Positions 42,729 through 51,806 of a stretch of 64,000 nucleotides of DNA are shown one piece after another. Each line of letters starts with the position of its first letter. Within the stretch, counting starts at the first letter, position 1. The stretch is taken from assembly GCA_003168335.1 (NCBI GenBank), contig PMSM01000002.1:484899-548898 (forward strand), in the 5' to 3' direction. The translations under genes were made by a program, and so were the position numbers. The DNA is from Blastocatellia bacterium (GTDB lineage Bacteria; Acidobacteriota; Blastocatellia; Pyrinomonadales; Pyrinomonadaceae). The notes under the pieces are model-generated. The model saw only the letters and a program-made list of their open reading frames with translations. It was not told the DNA's origin and did not search any database.

Positions 42729-43217
42729 CTAGCCCGGCGTCCACTCCATCTGAAAATGCGTGCCGGTTTCGCTGGTACGCACAAAGCCCGAACGCTCGAA
42801 CAGATTGACGGCGCGGTTGAACCTGATGACTTGCAAGCGCAGCGGTTTTTTAGCGAGCCTCGCTTCGTCCTGCAATTTTCGAATCAGGACGGCGCCGATC
42901 CCGCCGTTCCGATGTTCCGGCAGCAACGCCACGTCGATGCAGCGAATCTCGTGTTCGCGACGCTCCACAGTCAGCCGGCCGGCAGGTTTACCTTCCCACA
43001 AGATTATCTCGTCGCCTGCGCGTTTGTATTCACTCTCATAGAAATGCTGCTGCGCTTCGTATTGCATTCCGAGAAACTCGCTGATGCGATCCTCTTTCCA
43101 GCCGAGTCCCCGCAGATCGTCGCCGCGACTGCTCTTGTAAATTTCAAGGAGAATCTCTTCATCGCCGGCTGTAACCGGCCGGACGCTAATCGAGTTTGCG
43201 CTGTTGGCGTCGGTCAT
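42729..43217 (-). CDS. GNAT-family N-acetyltransferase
   Basis: The acetyl-CoA binding block is LLPEHRNGGIGAVLIRKL. Start trimmed to Met45 (ATG at 43217). Confidence 0.7.
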   Translation of the reverse strand: MTDANSANSISVRPVTAGDEEILLEIYKSSRGDDLRGLGWKEDRISEFLGMQYEAQQHFYESEYKRAGDEIILWEGKPAGRLTVERREHEIRCIDVALLPEHRNGGIGAVLIRKLQDEARLAKKPLRLQVIRFNRAVNLFERSGFVRTSETGTHFQMEWTPG

Positions 43218-43514
43218 AGCGAGCGATTCTAATCGAACAGCCGGGTTTTGGATACGCGAAACCGTGCAGGGCATTGTTCTAATGGCTTCGTGCTTTCTTT
43301 GAGCTTGGACAAGAACGATCCACGAAATCACAGGAAATCGCACGAACAAAACCTGGCTTTGCTTCGTGGGTATTCGGGGATCGTTTCACCGGCCAAAGAA
43401 ACCTCTCACAGATCGGACACACCACAGTGAATGTCCAGTCGCTAATCCGGCCCAAAGGTGCGATAATGCGCGCGCTTTCCCAAACAACTTGAACGAAATC
43501 CGGAGAGGTTATTT

Positions 43515-45554
43515 ATGCAGCGCTTCTTTGTTCTGTCAGTCATCAGTTTGCTCGCGTTCGCGTCGGTCGCGTTTGCCCAGGAACGCCGGTTCACCATCGA
43601 TGATTTGCTGAAAGTTCGTCGCGTCGGAGACCCGCAAGTGTCGCCGAAAGGCGATCTGGTGGCCTTTACCATCACGGACGTGGACCAGACTGCGAACAAA
43701 AGCACGACGCAGATTTACGTCGTCCCACTGGGCGGTGGAGAGACGCGCCAACTGACGAATGACGAACACTCTTCCGCGTCGCCGCGCTGGTCGCCGGATG
43801 GAGAGAAGCTGGCGTTCATCTCAGCGCGCGATGGAGAGAGCCAGATTTGGACCATAGATGTTTCCAGCGGGGCTTTGAAAAAAATTACCGGCCTTTCGAC
43901 TGGGGCGGGCGATCCCGTCTGGTCGCCGGATGGCAAGTGGCTCGCGTTTGCCTCTGACGTTTATCCGGAATGCAAAGATGACGCGTGCAACAAGAAGCGC
44001 GCCGAAGAAGTTGCCCAGAGCAAAGTGAAGGCCCATGTCGCCGAGCGCCTCCTTTATCGTCATTGGAAATTCTGGCTGGACGGAATCAGAAGTCACGTGT
44101 TTGTTGTCTCGTCATCTGGAGGTGAAGCGCGCGACCTGACACCCGGCGATTACGACGCGCCGCCATTCAGTTTGGGGGGGCCGACAGACTACGCCTTCTC
44201 GCCTGACTCGAAAGAACTTGCCTACGTCAGCAATCACGACAAAGTAGAAGCCATTTCGACCAACGCCGACGTCTGGTTGGTTTCGGTCCGCGGCGGCGCC
44301 GCGCGAAACATCACCGCCGCCAACCACGGCTATGACGGCTCGCCAAAGTTCTCAGCCGATGGCCGCTTCATCGCCTATCGCTCGCAGATTACACCGGGTT
44401 ACGAAAGCGATCGCTTTCGCTTGATGCTTTACGATCGCAAGACCGGCGTTGCGAAATCAATTTCTGAGCCGCTGGATTCCAATGTGGATGAATTCACCTT
44501 CACCGCAGACAGCAACTGGATCTACATCGGCGCGGAAGAGCGAGCCCGAGGGGCGGTGTATTCAGTGTCAGTTAGCGGCGGGCCGGTGAAGAAGGTATTG
44601 GGTGAGGGTTTCAGTAGCGATATCAATGTGACCAAAGACGGCAAGACTTTGGTTTTCTCGCGCAGCTCAATGACGCGTCCCAGCGAGATCTTTACCGCCG
44701 CGGCTGACGGCGGTGGGCCGATGGCCTTGACCAAAACGAACGACGCGTTCATTTCATCATTTAATCTCAAATCGGCCGAGGAAGTGACGTGGACCGGAGC
44801 AACGGGAACCAAGATCGCCGGCTGGATCATCAAGCCCGCGAACTTCAATTCAAAGAAGAAATATCCGCTCGCAGTGCTGATTCACGGTGGACCGCAGGGC
44901 GCGTGGAACGATAACTGGGGGTTTCGCTGGAACCCGCAGATTTTTGCCAACGCGGGGTACGTCGTCTTCATGCCGAATCCGCGCGGTTCGACCGGCTATG
45001 GCCAACAGTTGGTCAGTGAAATATCCGGCGATTGGGGCGGCAAGGTTTTCGTCGATATCAAAAACGGTGTGGCCCAGACAGCGGCGCTGCCCTATGTCGA
45101 TAAGAATCGCATTGGCGGCGCCGGAGCGAGCTATGGCGGTTACATGATCGATTGGATCGAAGGACACAACGACGATGCGCGGTTCCAGTTCAAGGTGCTC
45201 GTATCGCATGATGGCGTTTACAATCTCACCAGCATGACCGGCGCCACCGAAGAACTCTGGTTTACTGACTGGGAATTCAAAGGCACGCCATGGACCAACA
45301 AGGCAATGTACGAGCGTTGGTCACCGCACAATTTCGCTGCCAACTTCAAGACGCCGATCCTGATCATCACCAACGGGCTCGACTATCGCGTGCCTGAGGG
45401 CCAGGGCCTGGAGCTGTTCACCGCCGTGCAGCGGATGGGCGTAGAATCAAAGCTCGTCGATTTTCCTGACGAAGGTCACTGGGTAGGGAAGCCGGCAAAC
45501 TCGGCTTTCTGGTACAACACGGTGCTTGGTTGGCTGGATAAGCATTTGAAATAA
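43515..45554 (+). CDS. Secreted S9-family serine peptidase (beta-propeller + alpha/beta hydrolase)
   Basis: Signal peptide, repeated TolB-like propeller motifs (SPRWSPDGEKLAF, PVWSPDGKWLAF), nucleophile elbow GASYGGYM, and a C-terminal D...H (FPDEGHW). Confidence 0.85.
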   Translation: MQRFFVLSVISLLAFASVAFAQERRFTIDDLLKVRRVGDPQVSPKGDLVAFTITDVDQTANKSTTQIYVVPLGGGETRQLTNDEHSSASPRWSPDGEKLAFISARDGESQIWTIDVSSGALKKITGLSTGAGDPVWSPDGKWLAFASDVYPECKDDACNKKRAEEVAQSKVKAHVAERLLYRHWKFWLDGIRSHVFVVSSSGGEARDLTPGDYDAPPFSLGGPTDYAFSPDSKELAYVSNHDKVEAISTNADVWLVSVRGGAARNITAANHGYDGSPKFSADGRFIAYRSQITPGYESDRFRLMLYDRKTGVAKSISEPLDSNVDEFTFTADSNWIYIGAEERARGAVYSVSVSGGPVKKVLGEGFSSDINVTKDGKTLVFSRSSMTRPSEIFTAAADGGGPMALTKTNDAFISSFNLKSAEEVTWTGATGTKIAGWIIKPANFNSKKKYPLAVLIHGGPQGAWNDNWGFRWNPQIFANAGYVVFMPNPRGSTGYGQQLVSEISGDWGGKVFVDIKNGVAQTAALPYVDKNRIGGAGASYGGYMIDWIEGHNDDARFQFKVLVSHDGVYNLTSMTGATEELWFTDWEFKGTPWTNKAMYERWSPHNFAANFKTPILIITNGLDYRVPEGQGLELFTAVQRMGVESKLVDFPDEGHWVGKPANSAFWYNTVLGWLDKHLK

Positions 45555-45562
45555 AGGCGACT

Positions 45563-45659
45563 CAGCCACGGATTAACGCAGATGGGCACAGATAAGACAA
45601 ATTGACTGGTCGCCTTTTTCTTATCCCTATCCGCGTCCATCCGTGTGAATCTGTGGCTG
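45563..45659. repeat. E-type inverted-repeat element, copy 2
   Basis: CAGCCACGGATTAACGCAGATGGGCACAGATAAG ... CTTATCCCTATCCGCGTCCATCCGTGTGAATCTGTGGCTG. Confidence 0.8.
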
Positions 45660-45682
45660 CGGTTTGAGAGTTGAGGTGCGTC

Positions 45683-46138
45683 ATGCCGGGTTGGCTTAAG
45701 GCATTACTCATCGTTGCCATCGTCGTCGTCATGCTCGTGGTCGGAGTTGTTGCGGGCGGAGGCTACTTGTTTGTGCGCGGCAAGGATGCGCTGATCGCGA
45801 GCAGCAGGGCCATCACCACAGAAGGCACGGACTTTGGCCATCAGACGGACAATCAGGGATGCGTCAACGAATCAGTATCGCGTTATAAGAAAGAGCCCGG
45901 CTTCACCAGCTCGATATCGACGGCCATGTTTCTGACGGCCTGTCTTGATGCCAGCCGGCCAACCCGAGGCTTTTGTGCCGAGGTGCCAAACCAGCGCAAC
46001 TATTCGAAAAGCCCCGTATGGCGCATCGAGCAATGCCGTCACTTCGATCTTGCGTCAGACAAATACTGCCCGGAATTCTTTGGCCCGGTCCAGCAGTTCT
46101 GTGAGCGGACGCTTAAACCAAGCAGTCCCGGGTGGTAA
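45683..46138 (+). CDS. N-terminally anchored Cys-rich protein, paralogue 1 (unknown function)
   Basis: MPGWLKALLIVAIVVV... TM anchor followed by an ~110-aa domain with six Cys. It aligns along its full length with the next gene. GAGGTG precedes the ATG. Confidence 0.6.
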   Translation: MPGWLKALLIVAIVVVMLVVGVVAGGGYLFVRGKDALIASSRAITTEGTDFGHQTDNQGCVNESVSRYKKEPGFTSSISTAMFLTACLDASRPTRGFCAEVPNQRNYSKSPVWRIEQCRHFDLASDKYCPEFFGPVQQFCERTLKPSSPGW

Positions 46139-46280
46139 TGAGCTTGATTAAACACAAAGCCACAAAGGCACTAAGGGCAAATGGAAATCGTATGGAATAG
46201 TCGCTCTTGTGGCTTTGGGTCTTGTGGTGAAAGTTTTATCCGCCTTAATCCGCGGCTTGTTCTGAGAAGGGAGAACGAAA

Positions 46281-46754
46281 ATGCCAGGTTGGCTTAAAGC
46301 TTTACTCGCCGTCGCTATCGTCGTCGTGCTGCTGGTCGTTGGAGTTGTAGTCGGCGGAGTTGTCTGGTGGTCCCGTAACAAAGACAAACTGATGGGCCGG
46401 GCCAAAGAGGTGATGACCGAAGGCCGCGAATATGGGCGCAACACCGACAACCAGGGATGCGTTGACGAATCCGTCGCGCGTTACAAGAAAGAACCCGGCT
46501 TCAGCAGCGTGATCTCGACCAGCCTCTTCACCAGAACCTGTCTCGATGCCAGCCGTCCAACTCCCGGGTTTTGCAGTGACGTGCCGAAATCATTGGAGTT
46601 CATGAAGAGCGGTGAATGGCGCACGGCGCAGTGTCGACGCGTCGCTCTCTCGACCGACAGTTATTGCAAGCAACTGTTCCAGCCGGTGCAGGAGTTCTGT
46701 GAAAAAAAGGCGCGCACCTCGCGCAACGACAACGGTAATTCAAATAGTCAATGA
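46281..46754 (+). CDS. N-terminally anchored Cys-rich protein, paralogue 2 (unknown function)
   Basis: MPGWLKALLAVAIVVV..., with the same six Cys positions and shared blocks (TDNQGCV.ESV.RYKKEPGF, CLDASRPT.GFC, PVQ.FCE). AAGGGAGA precedes the ATG. Confidence 0.6.
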   Translation: MPGWLKALLAVAIVVVLLVVGVVVGGVVWWSRNKDKLMGRAKEVMTEGREYGRNTDNQGCVDESVARYKKEPGFSSVISTSLFTRTCLDASRPTPGFCSDVPKSLEFMKSGEWRTAQCRRVALSTDSYCKQLFQPVQEFCEKKARTSRNDNGNSNSQ

Positions 46755-46848
46755 GCCTTGAGATTCTACGAATGCCGAAGTCCTGGTTCGTGGCGAGTGA
46801 AGCTCCGGAGCTTTCGTTTCAATAAACTTCGGTTGCAAGGACCTCATC

Positions 46849-47313
46849 ATGACAACCCTTACCAAGAAAATAATCGCCGGCGTCGTAGTCGTGCTGTTGC
46901 TGGTCGTCATAGCTCTCGCCGCTGTCTTAATCGGCGCGGGTTTTTATGGATGGAAAGCCGCGCAGAGGGCAGGCAACGAGGCAGCTTCCATGCAGGACCT
47001 GAAGACGATCGCGGCAGTCGAGATCCAATATTACAACGGGCATAGTCAGACATTCGGAACGCTCGATCAGTTGATCAAGGAAAATATGCTGACCGCTAAG
47101 TTTTCCGGGAATCCAGCAGCTGTCGACGGTTATATCTTCATCTTGAGCGTAAGTCCTAAGACAGTGAACCAACCAAGTTCGTACATCCTGAACGCCGATC
47201 CCCAGAGTGACAACGCGGGCAAGAACCATTTTTGCATCGACTCGAACAGCTTGACGATACATGTCAATTCAGATCGGCCCGCTGGCGCCAATGATCCTCC
47301 ACTTGGCGACTGA
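46849..47313 (+). CDS. Membrane-anchored pilin/pseudopilin-like protein lacking a prepilin cleavage motif
   Basis: A TM helix is followed by AAQRAGNEAASMQDLKTIAAVEIQYY, the conserved alpha1-C segment of type IV pilin/GspG-like proteins. There is no G/FTLIE leader motif. Confidence 0.5.
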   Translation: MTTLTKKIIAGVVVVLLLVVIALAAVLIGAGFYGWKAAQRAGNEAASMQDLKTIAAVEIQYYNGHSQTFGTLDQLIKENMLTAKFSGNPAAVDGYIFILSVSPKTVNQPSSYILNADPQSDNAGKNHFCIDSNSLTIHVNSDRPAGANDPPLGD

Positions 47314-47334
47314 TCTTATTCATTTCGGCAACCG

Positions 47335-48075
47335 TTGATTTCTGAACCCACCATCGATCGGCTTGCCCTGCGGACTCGGCCGTCGGGTCCGAGCCTGATG
47401 CGTCAGAACTGGGGCAAGCTCTTGTTTATCCATTGGCCGATAGACGCGGAGCTGCTCGCGCCGCTGCTTCCGGCGCAACTTTCAATCGACACTTTTGATG
47501 GCAAGGCATGGATCGGTGTCGTTCCATTCACGATGTGGGGGGTTCGCGCGTCGTTCCTGCCGCCGATTCCCGGCACCAGCGCCTTTCATGAACTCAACGT
47601 GCGCACGTACGTTCACTTCAAAGGCGTGCCGGGTGTTTGGTTCTTCTCGCTGGATGCGGCGAATAGCTTAGCGGTGTGGGGCGCGCGCCAGTTTTACTAC
47701 CTGCCGTACTTCAATGCAGAGATGTCTCTCCGGCAGCAGGGAAACACGATCAGATACAGTGCGACGCGCCACGATGCGCGCGGCGCGCCCGCGGAATTAA
47801 ACGCCGCGTGGGCGACTGGCGAGCCTCTGGCGCGCGCGCGACCCGGCTCGATCGAATTCTTTCTGACTGAACGCTACTGTTTGTATTCCTCTCATCGCGA
47901 TCGGCTTTATCGTTCGCGCATCTTTCATCAGCCGTGGCCGCTGCAGAGTGCGACTCTCGATGCTTATCAATCGACGATGATCCGCTCTCTCGGGATTCCA
48001 GAACCGGCAGGCGAGCCTTTGCTCCATTATGCGGAATCGATAGGCGTTAATATTTGGCCCTTGCGGAAGGCGTGA
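47335..48075 (+). CDS. DUF2071 (YqjF-like) family protein
   Basis: RQNWGKLLFIHWPID...L.PLLP..L.IDTFDGKAWIGVVPFTM is the DUF2071 N-terminal pattern. The TTG start is uncertain. Confidence 0.65.
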   Translation: MISEPTIDRLALRTRPSGPSLMRQNWGKLLFIHWPIDAELLAPLLPAQLSIDTFDGKAWIGVVPFTMWGVRASFLPPIPGTSAFHELNVRTYVHFKGVPGVWFFSLDAANSLAVWGARQFYYLPYFNAEMSLRQQGNTIRYSATRHDARGAPAELNAAWATGEPLARARPGSIEFFLTERYCLYSSHRDRLYRSRIFHQPWPLQSATLDAYQSTMIRSLGIPEPAGEPLLHYAESIGVNIWPLRKA

Positions 48076-48135
48076 TCTTTCAACGTTGCTTCAAAGTTTC
48101 TGAGACCAGTCCAACCAGCCATCGAAGATAGCGGG

Positions 48136-48340
48136 ATATTGTAGCCCACAGCGCCAGCTGTGGGTACCAAGGCGCTTTGAAATAAAGAAGCCCGCGGAGT
48201 GGGCGGCAGAAAATAGCATTTGGCGAGCTGTAGCGTTCCGGTTATGTCGCTCGCTTCGCGAGCTTGATTCTACCTTTGCATACTCCACCCACAAATGGCG
48301 CTGTGGGCTATTGGTATTTCGCCCGCGGCGCGGGCTCGAT
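48136..48340. repeat. F-type-related composite element, copy 3
   Basis: ATATTGTAGCCCACAGCGCC-AGCTGTGGG on the left is mirrored by GGCGCTGTGGGCTATTGGTATTTCGCCCGCGGCGCGGGC on the right. It lies between convergent genes. Confidence 0.7.
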
Positions 48341-48354
48341 CCAATTTTCTGCCG

Positions 48355-49161
48355 TCACACCCGTCGCGCGATCACAAACAGCTCATCCGAGCCCAACAGA
48401 AAAGGTTCGAACTTTAGCGAGCCGTACAGACTGAGCACCTCAAACCCTGCGCGCTCCAGCATTCTTCTTATCTCGGCGGTCGTGTAAATCCAATGCTTCG
48501 CCAGGCGGCTCTCGCTTTGTCCGTTGCGCTCAAAAACATATTCGGTGTCGATACAGCTCTCTTCCGCCAGATACTGCTCCTTAATCGTCAAGAGAATGTC
48601 TTCTATTTGATGCGAGGCTTCTGTTTCAAACTTGGTTAAGGCCGACTCTGCGGCCATGCCGGTTTCAACAACGAACCGCGCGCCGGGCTTTAACGCCCGC
48701 GCCACGCCGCCAAGGAAACTTTCCATGTCCGAGTACGCGAGAAAGCCAAAGCTGTTTCCGAAGCAGTACGCACCACCGTAGATCGCTTCGCCTGTGATCT
48801 TGCGCATGTTGCCGAGCACGAACTCGAGTTCGGAGTTGGCGGGTGCCGAGTTAGCGAGCGTCTTGTCAGTACCACCTGCGTCAGCGGGTGGGCTCAAGCG
48901 AGACATCGCCTCTTGAATGAACTCTTTCGAAATATCCATTCCGGTCACGTGATATCCACGGCTCGCCAGCTCAAACGAAAGTCTTCCATTTCCACACGGC
49001 ACATCAAGCAGATGTGAACCAGCGTCGCACTGAAGCACCTTGATCAGAAAGTCCGCTTCATCTTTTGTTTGCTTCGGCGAGATGGCTTTCCGCCACAGGT
49101 CGAGCGAGACGCCGTGAAAGAAGTTTTCGTGCCAGTTGGATGGGATGGTCATTAGTAGCAC
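48355..49161 (-). CDS. Class I SAM-dependent methyltransferase
   Basis: Motif I LLDVPCGNGRLSFELASRGYHVTGMDIS, then a post-I acidic residue and motif II/III spacing. Confidence 0.8.
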   Translation of the reverse strand: MLLMTIPSNWHENFFHGVSLDLWRKAISPKQTKDEADFLIKVLQCDAGSHLLDVPCGNGRLSFELASRGYHVTGMDISKEFIQEAMSRLSPPADAGGTDKTLANSAPANSELEFVLGNMRKITGEAIYGGAYCFGNSFGFLAYSDMESFLGGVARALKPGARFVVETGMAAESALTKFETEASHQIEDILLTIKEQYLAEESCIDTEYVFERNGQSESRLAKHWIYTTAEIRRMLERAGFEVLSLYGSLKFEPFLLGSDELFVIARRV

Positions 49162-49277
49162 TTCACGGCTGTATCAGCGTGGGAAATTGACTGGCCGGAT
49201 CAGACTCCGAGTCCTGTGATGGCTGACATGGCGGCCTTGCTGGGAGGCGAGAAATGTTGGTGAACACGAAAGCTGTG

Positions 49278-49883
49278 TCACGGTCTGGGCTCGCCAAAAG
49301 TAACTTGTCCCTTCTCGACCAATAACCTCATAATCCAAATCGTGGACTTGTTTGGATTGAGCTCAAACGAGGTGACGATCCCTTGAACCACTCCGAAGTC
49401 ACCTTCATGTTGACGATCTAATTTGTCCTTAAGCTTGACGCGCTCGAAGGCAAAGATATTGGTCCCTTTCGTGTTCGCAGCCGCTCCAAACAAGTCGCCG
49501 GACCCTTCAACGCAAAACGCATTCATCGGGGCTGGGCACTTTGTCAGGAATTTGGTTGCTGGTAACACGACGTCCTTTCCGACGGAATCAGTGAGAATCT
49601 TTCCCAGTTCTTCGTGCGTCATTGTTCTCTGGCTGACCCTTCCGGCCGACGCAAAGATCAGGATGTAGCGAAGTCGAGCCATCGACTTGTTTTCGTCCTC
49701 TTGCTTCAACTGTTTCAGGTATGTCTCTGAAAGCTCGGCGGACTTGCTCCAATCCTCACCTTCCAACGCGGTATATAAGCGCTCCCATTCCTGTTCGGAT
49801 ATGGCTACGGACTTTGATTGTTGACCTTGAGCTGCCAGGGTGCAGATGGCCAATACTAAGAACGTCAGAACTGCTTTTCTCAC
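49278..49883 (-). CDS. Secreted hypothetical protein
   Basis: Signal peptide MRKAVLTFLVLAICTLAAQG. No recognisable domain. By eye it is more AT-rich than the surroundings. Confidence 0.45.
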   Translation of the reverse strand: MRKAVLTFLVLAICTLAAQGQQSKSVAISEQEWERLYTALEGEDWSKSAELSETYLKQLKQEDENKSMARLRYILIFASAGRVSQRTMTHEELGKILTDSVGKDVVLPATKFLTKCPAPMNAFCVEGSGDLFGAAANTKGTNIFAFERVKLKDKLDRQHEGDFGVVQGIVTSFELNPNKSTIWIMRLLVEKGQVTFGEPRP

Positions 49884-49962
49884 CGCTTCACCTCACGTCA
49901 CGCGATGTCATCTGTTGATTGTGACCTCAGACCTTCATCGTCAGCGGATGTTCTTTGATCTT

Positions 49963-50127
49963 CGGCTATGCCGCCTGATGTGCGGAAGGCCTCCGGCCTT
50001 CCGGAATGCTATCTTGATTCACTTTGGGGCTGCGCCCCCCGTTCTACGAGGCGTAGCCTCGCATGAATAGTAGAAGTAAGTCTTGCGGAAAGGCAGAGCC
50101 TTTCCGCACATCAGGCGGCAAAGCCGC
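49963..50127. repeat. A-type composite palindromic element, copy 4
   Basis: Same architecture. The left arm stem is CGGAAGGCC/GGCCTTCCG, and the centre is partly degenerate (GGGGCTGCGCCCC...GAGGCGTAGCCTC). Confidence 0.85.
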
Positions 50128-50135
50128 AAACGATT

Positions 50136-51362
50136 TCACTCCGCCCGTTCCAACGGCGGCAGCACCGCGATGAAATCCTCGGCAAAGCGCCGTCCGTAGT
50201 CATCAAGTAACTCGTTGACCCGTTCGAGTTTTGGCGAGCGCACGATCAGGCCGGCGTGATGTTTCTTCTGCACGCGATAGACGACCTCGGGATCGTTGTA
50301 ATTGGTCGTGTCCGGATACTCCTGTCGCGCCAGCGAAAGAATAATTCCCGCATGTCCCTGGCGCGGCTTCAATTTGATTCGCGCGCCCGAGCCCGCAGCC
50401 ACTTCCAGCCGCGCCCACTCACGCCAAAGGTTTATACCCGACGCAGCTTCCAGAACATCAGCGATATGTGCGCCGCCGACGCGCGACGCAATCTCGAGAA
50501 AGTAGAACTCGCCATTGGTTTCGCTCTTGATGAACTCAGCATGAGTGGCGCCGGCGTCCAATTTCATCGCCTTGATCAAGCGGCGATTAATTTCTGAGAG
50601 CTGCTGCTTGTCCGCGGAGTCATGCGCGATCGTTTGCGAGACGTACGCGCCCCCGCCATGGGCCACCTGCAAAGGCGGCCGGCCATATTTGTTTACGCCC
50701 GCGAAGACAACTTTGCCTTGATCGACCAGCGAATCGACGTGGAAGACTTCGCCAGACACAAACCGCGCCAGTAAATGATACGAGGCGCGCTCGCGCAGAC
50801 TTTCGCGTTTGTTCAACTCTTCAATTACGGCCCAAACTTCTTCAGCACTCTCCAATTTACGAATCCCGATCGCGGAAGCATCGGAACGCGGCTTCAGCAC
50901 CCACGGTGGCGGAATTCGATCGAGATACGCACTAATCTCATCGTTATTGATCGCCGGCACGAAATCCGGGACCTTAATTCCCGCGTCACGCGCTGTGACG
51001 CTCATCGACAGTTTGTCGCGGAAGGTTTTGGCTGTGCTGCTGCTCATGCCCGGCATACACAGGTGTTCGCGCGCCAGCGCGGCGATGACGACATCGAATT
51101 CTTCCAGGGCCACGATGCGATCCGGTCTGGTAGTGCTCGCGATATGGCTGACCAGATCGAGGAAGAGTTCAACCGGCGCATCGTTGGGAACCGCGAAAAG
51201 GTCGGCGAGCGCGTCACGCGGCCAATCTTCGTGCAGCATCTTCTCTCTGGTGATCAGGATGACATTGCAGCCCTGCGCCTGGCATTCGCGCATGAAGTCG
51301 CCGCCTTTGAAAAAGGTGGCGAAGCAAATGATGTTGAGAGCTTTTGTTTGTCCCTTTGCCAT
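50136..51362 (-). CDS. ATP-grasp family carboxylate-amine ligase
   Basis: ATP-grasp core: WVLKPRSDASAIGIRKL, HAEFIK and FYFLEIASRVGGAHI. The start is uncertain, at ATG 51362 or 51398; the maximal ORF to 51470 approaches an intergenic repeat. Confidence 0.7.
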   Translation of the reverse strand: MAKGQTKALNIICFATFFKGGDFMRECQAQGCNVILITREKMLHEDWPRDALADLFAVPNDAPVELFLDLVSHIASTTRPDRIVALEEFDVVIAALAREHLCMPGMSSSTAKTFRDKLSMSVTARDAGIKVPDFVPAINNDEISAYLDRIPPPWVLKPRSDASAIGIRKLESAEEVWAVIEELNKRESLRERASYHLLARFVSGEVFHVDSLVDQGKVVFAGVNKYGRPPLQVAHGGGAYVSQTIAHDSADKQQLSEINRRLIKAMKLDAGATHAEFIKSETNGEFYFLEIASRVGGAHIADVLEAASGINLWREWARLEVAAGSGARIKLKPRQGHAGIILSLARQEYPDTTNYNDPEVVYRVQKKHHAGLIVRSPKLERVNELLDDYGRRFAEDFIAVLPPLERAE

Positions 51363-51499
51363 GATCGAAGTTGCGTCAATATACAACTTTGCTGGCATTT
51401 GGTCAGCAATCGTGTAAACTGGCCGCTCTTTTTGGAGTGCGTGGGGCGCAGCGGCGCCCAGGTCCGACAAACTTTAGGAAACTCTGATCAAGTACTTTC

Positions 51500-51682
51500 G
51501 ACGCGTAGCGTCGGTATGAATTTAGCCCGGCCTTTCAAGGCCGGGAAGAGGCAACGAGGTGTTCGCGTCGCGTAGCGACGCCTGAAACCAAGGGATTCAA
51601 CCGTCGCTACGCGACGAGAACAGAGACTAACCTGATCCCGGCGTTGAAACGCCGGGCTAAGTTCATGCGGACGCTATGCGTC
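51500..51682. repeat. ~183-bp nested palindromic element between the divergent ATP-grasp and CoA-ligase genes
   Basis: The outer arm GACGCGTAGCGTCGGTATGAATTTAGCCCGGCCTTTCAAGGCCGGG is mirrored by CCCGGCGTTGAAACGCCGGGCTAAGTTCATGCGGACGCTATGCGTC. The inner pair is CGTCGCGTAGCGACG / CGTCGCTACGCGACG. Confidence 0.9.
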
Positions 51683-51806
51683 CAAGACACTTAGTCAGAG
51701 GTTCCTTTAGTTTGTCATTGAGTTCCGTGGGCGAATGTTCCATCGAGAGAGATCGACACACTGAAGTTTGTCGGACAACAATGCCGCCGCACTCCAAATT
51801 CGACCT

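Noticed and set aside
48826-48900. Extra segment (SPPADAGGTDKTLANSAPANS) in the SAM methyltransferase, suspected to be another in-frame repeat insertion like the one in nagA
   Set aside because: The underlying DNA shows only a weak 5-bp complementarity and no clear palindrome or similarity to the repeat families seen here. It is probably just a variable loop.
50775-51575. 266-aa plus-strand ORF (and the overlapping 50809-51417 ORF)
   Set aside because: It is antisense to the ATP-grasp gene and reads into the left part of the 51500-51682 nested palindrome, so it is not credible as a gene.
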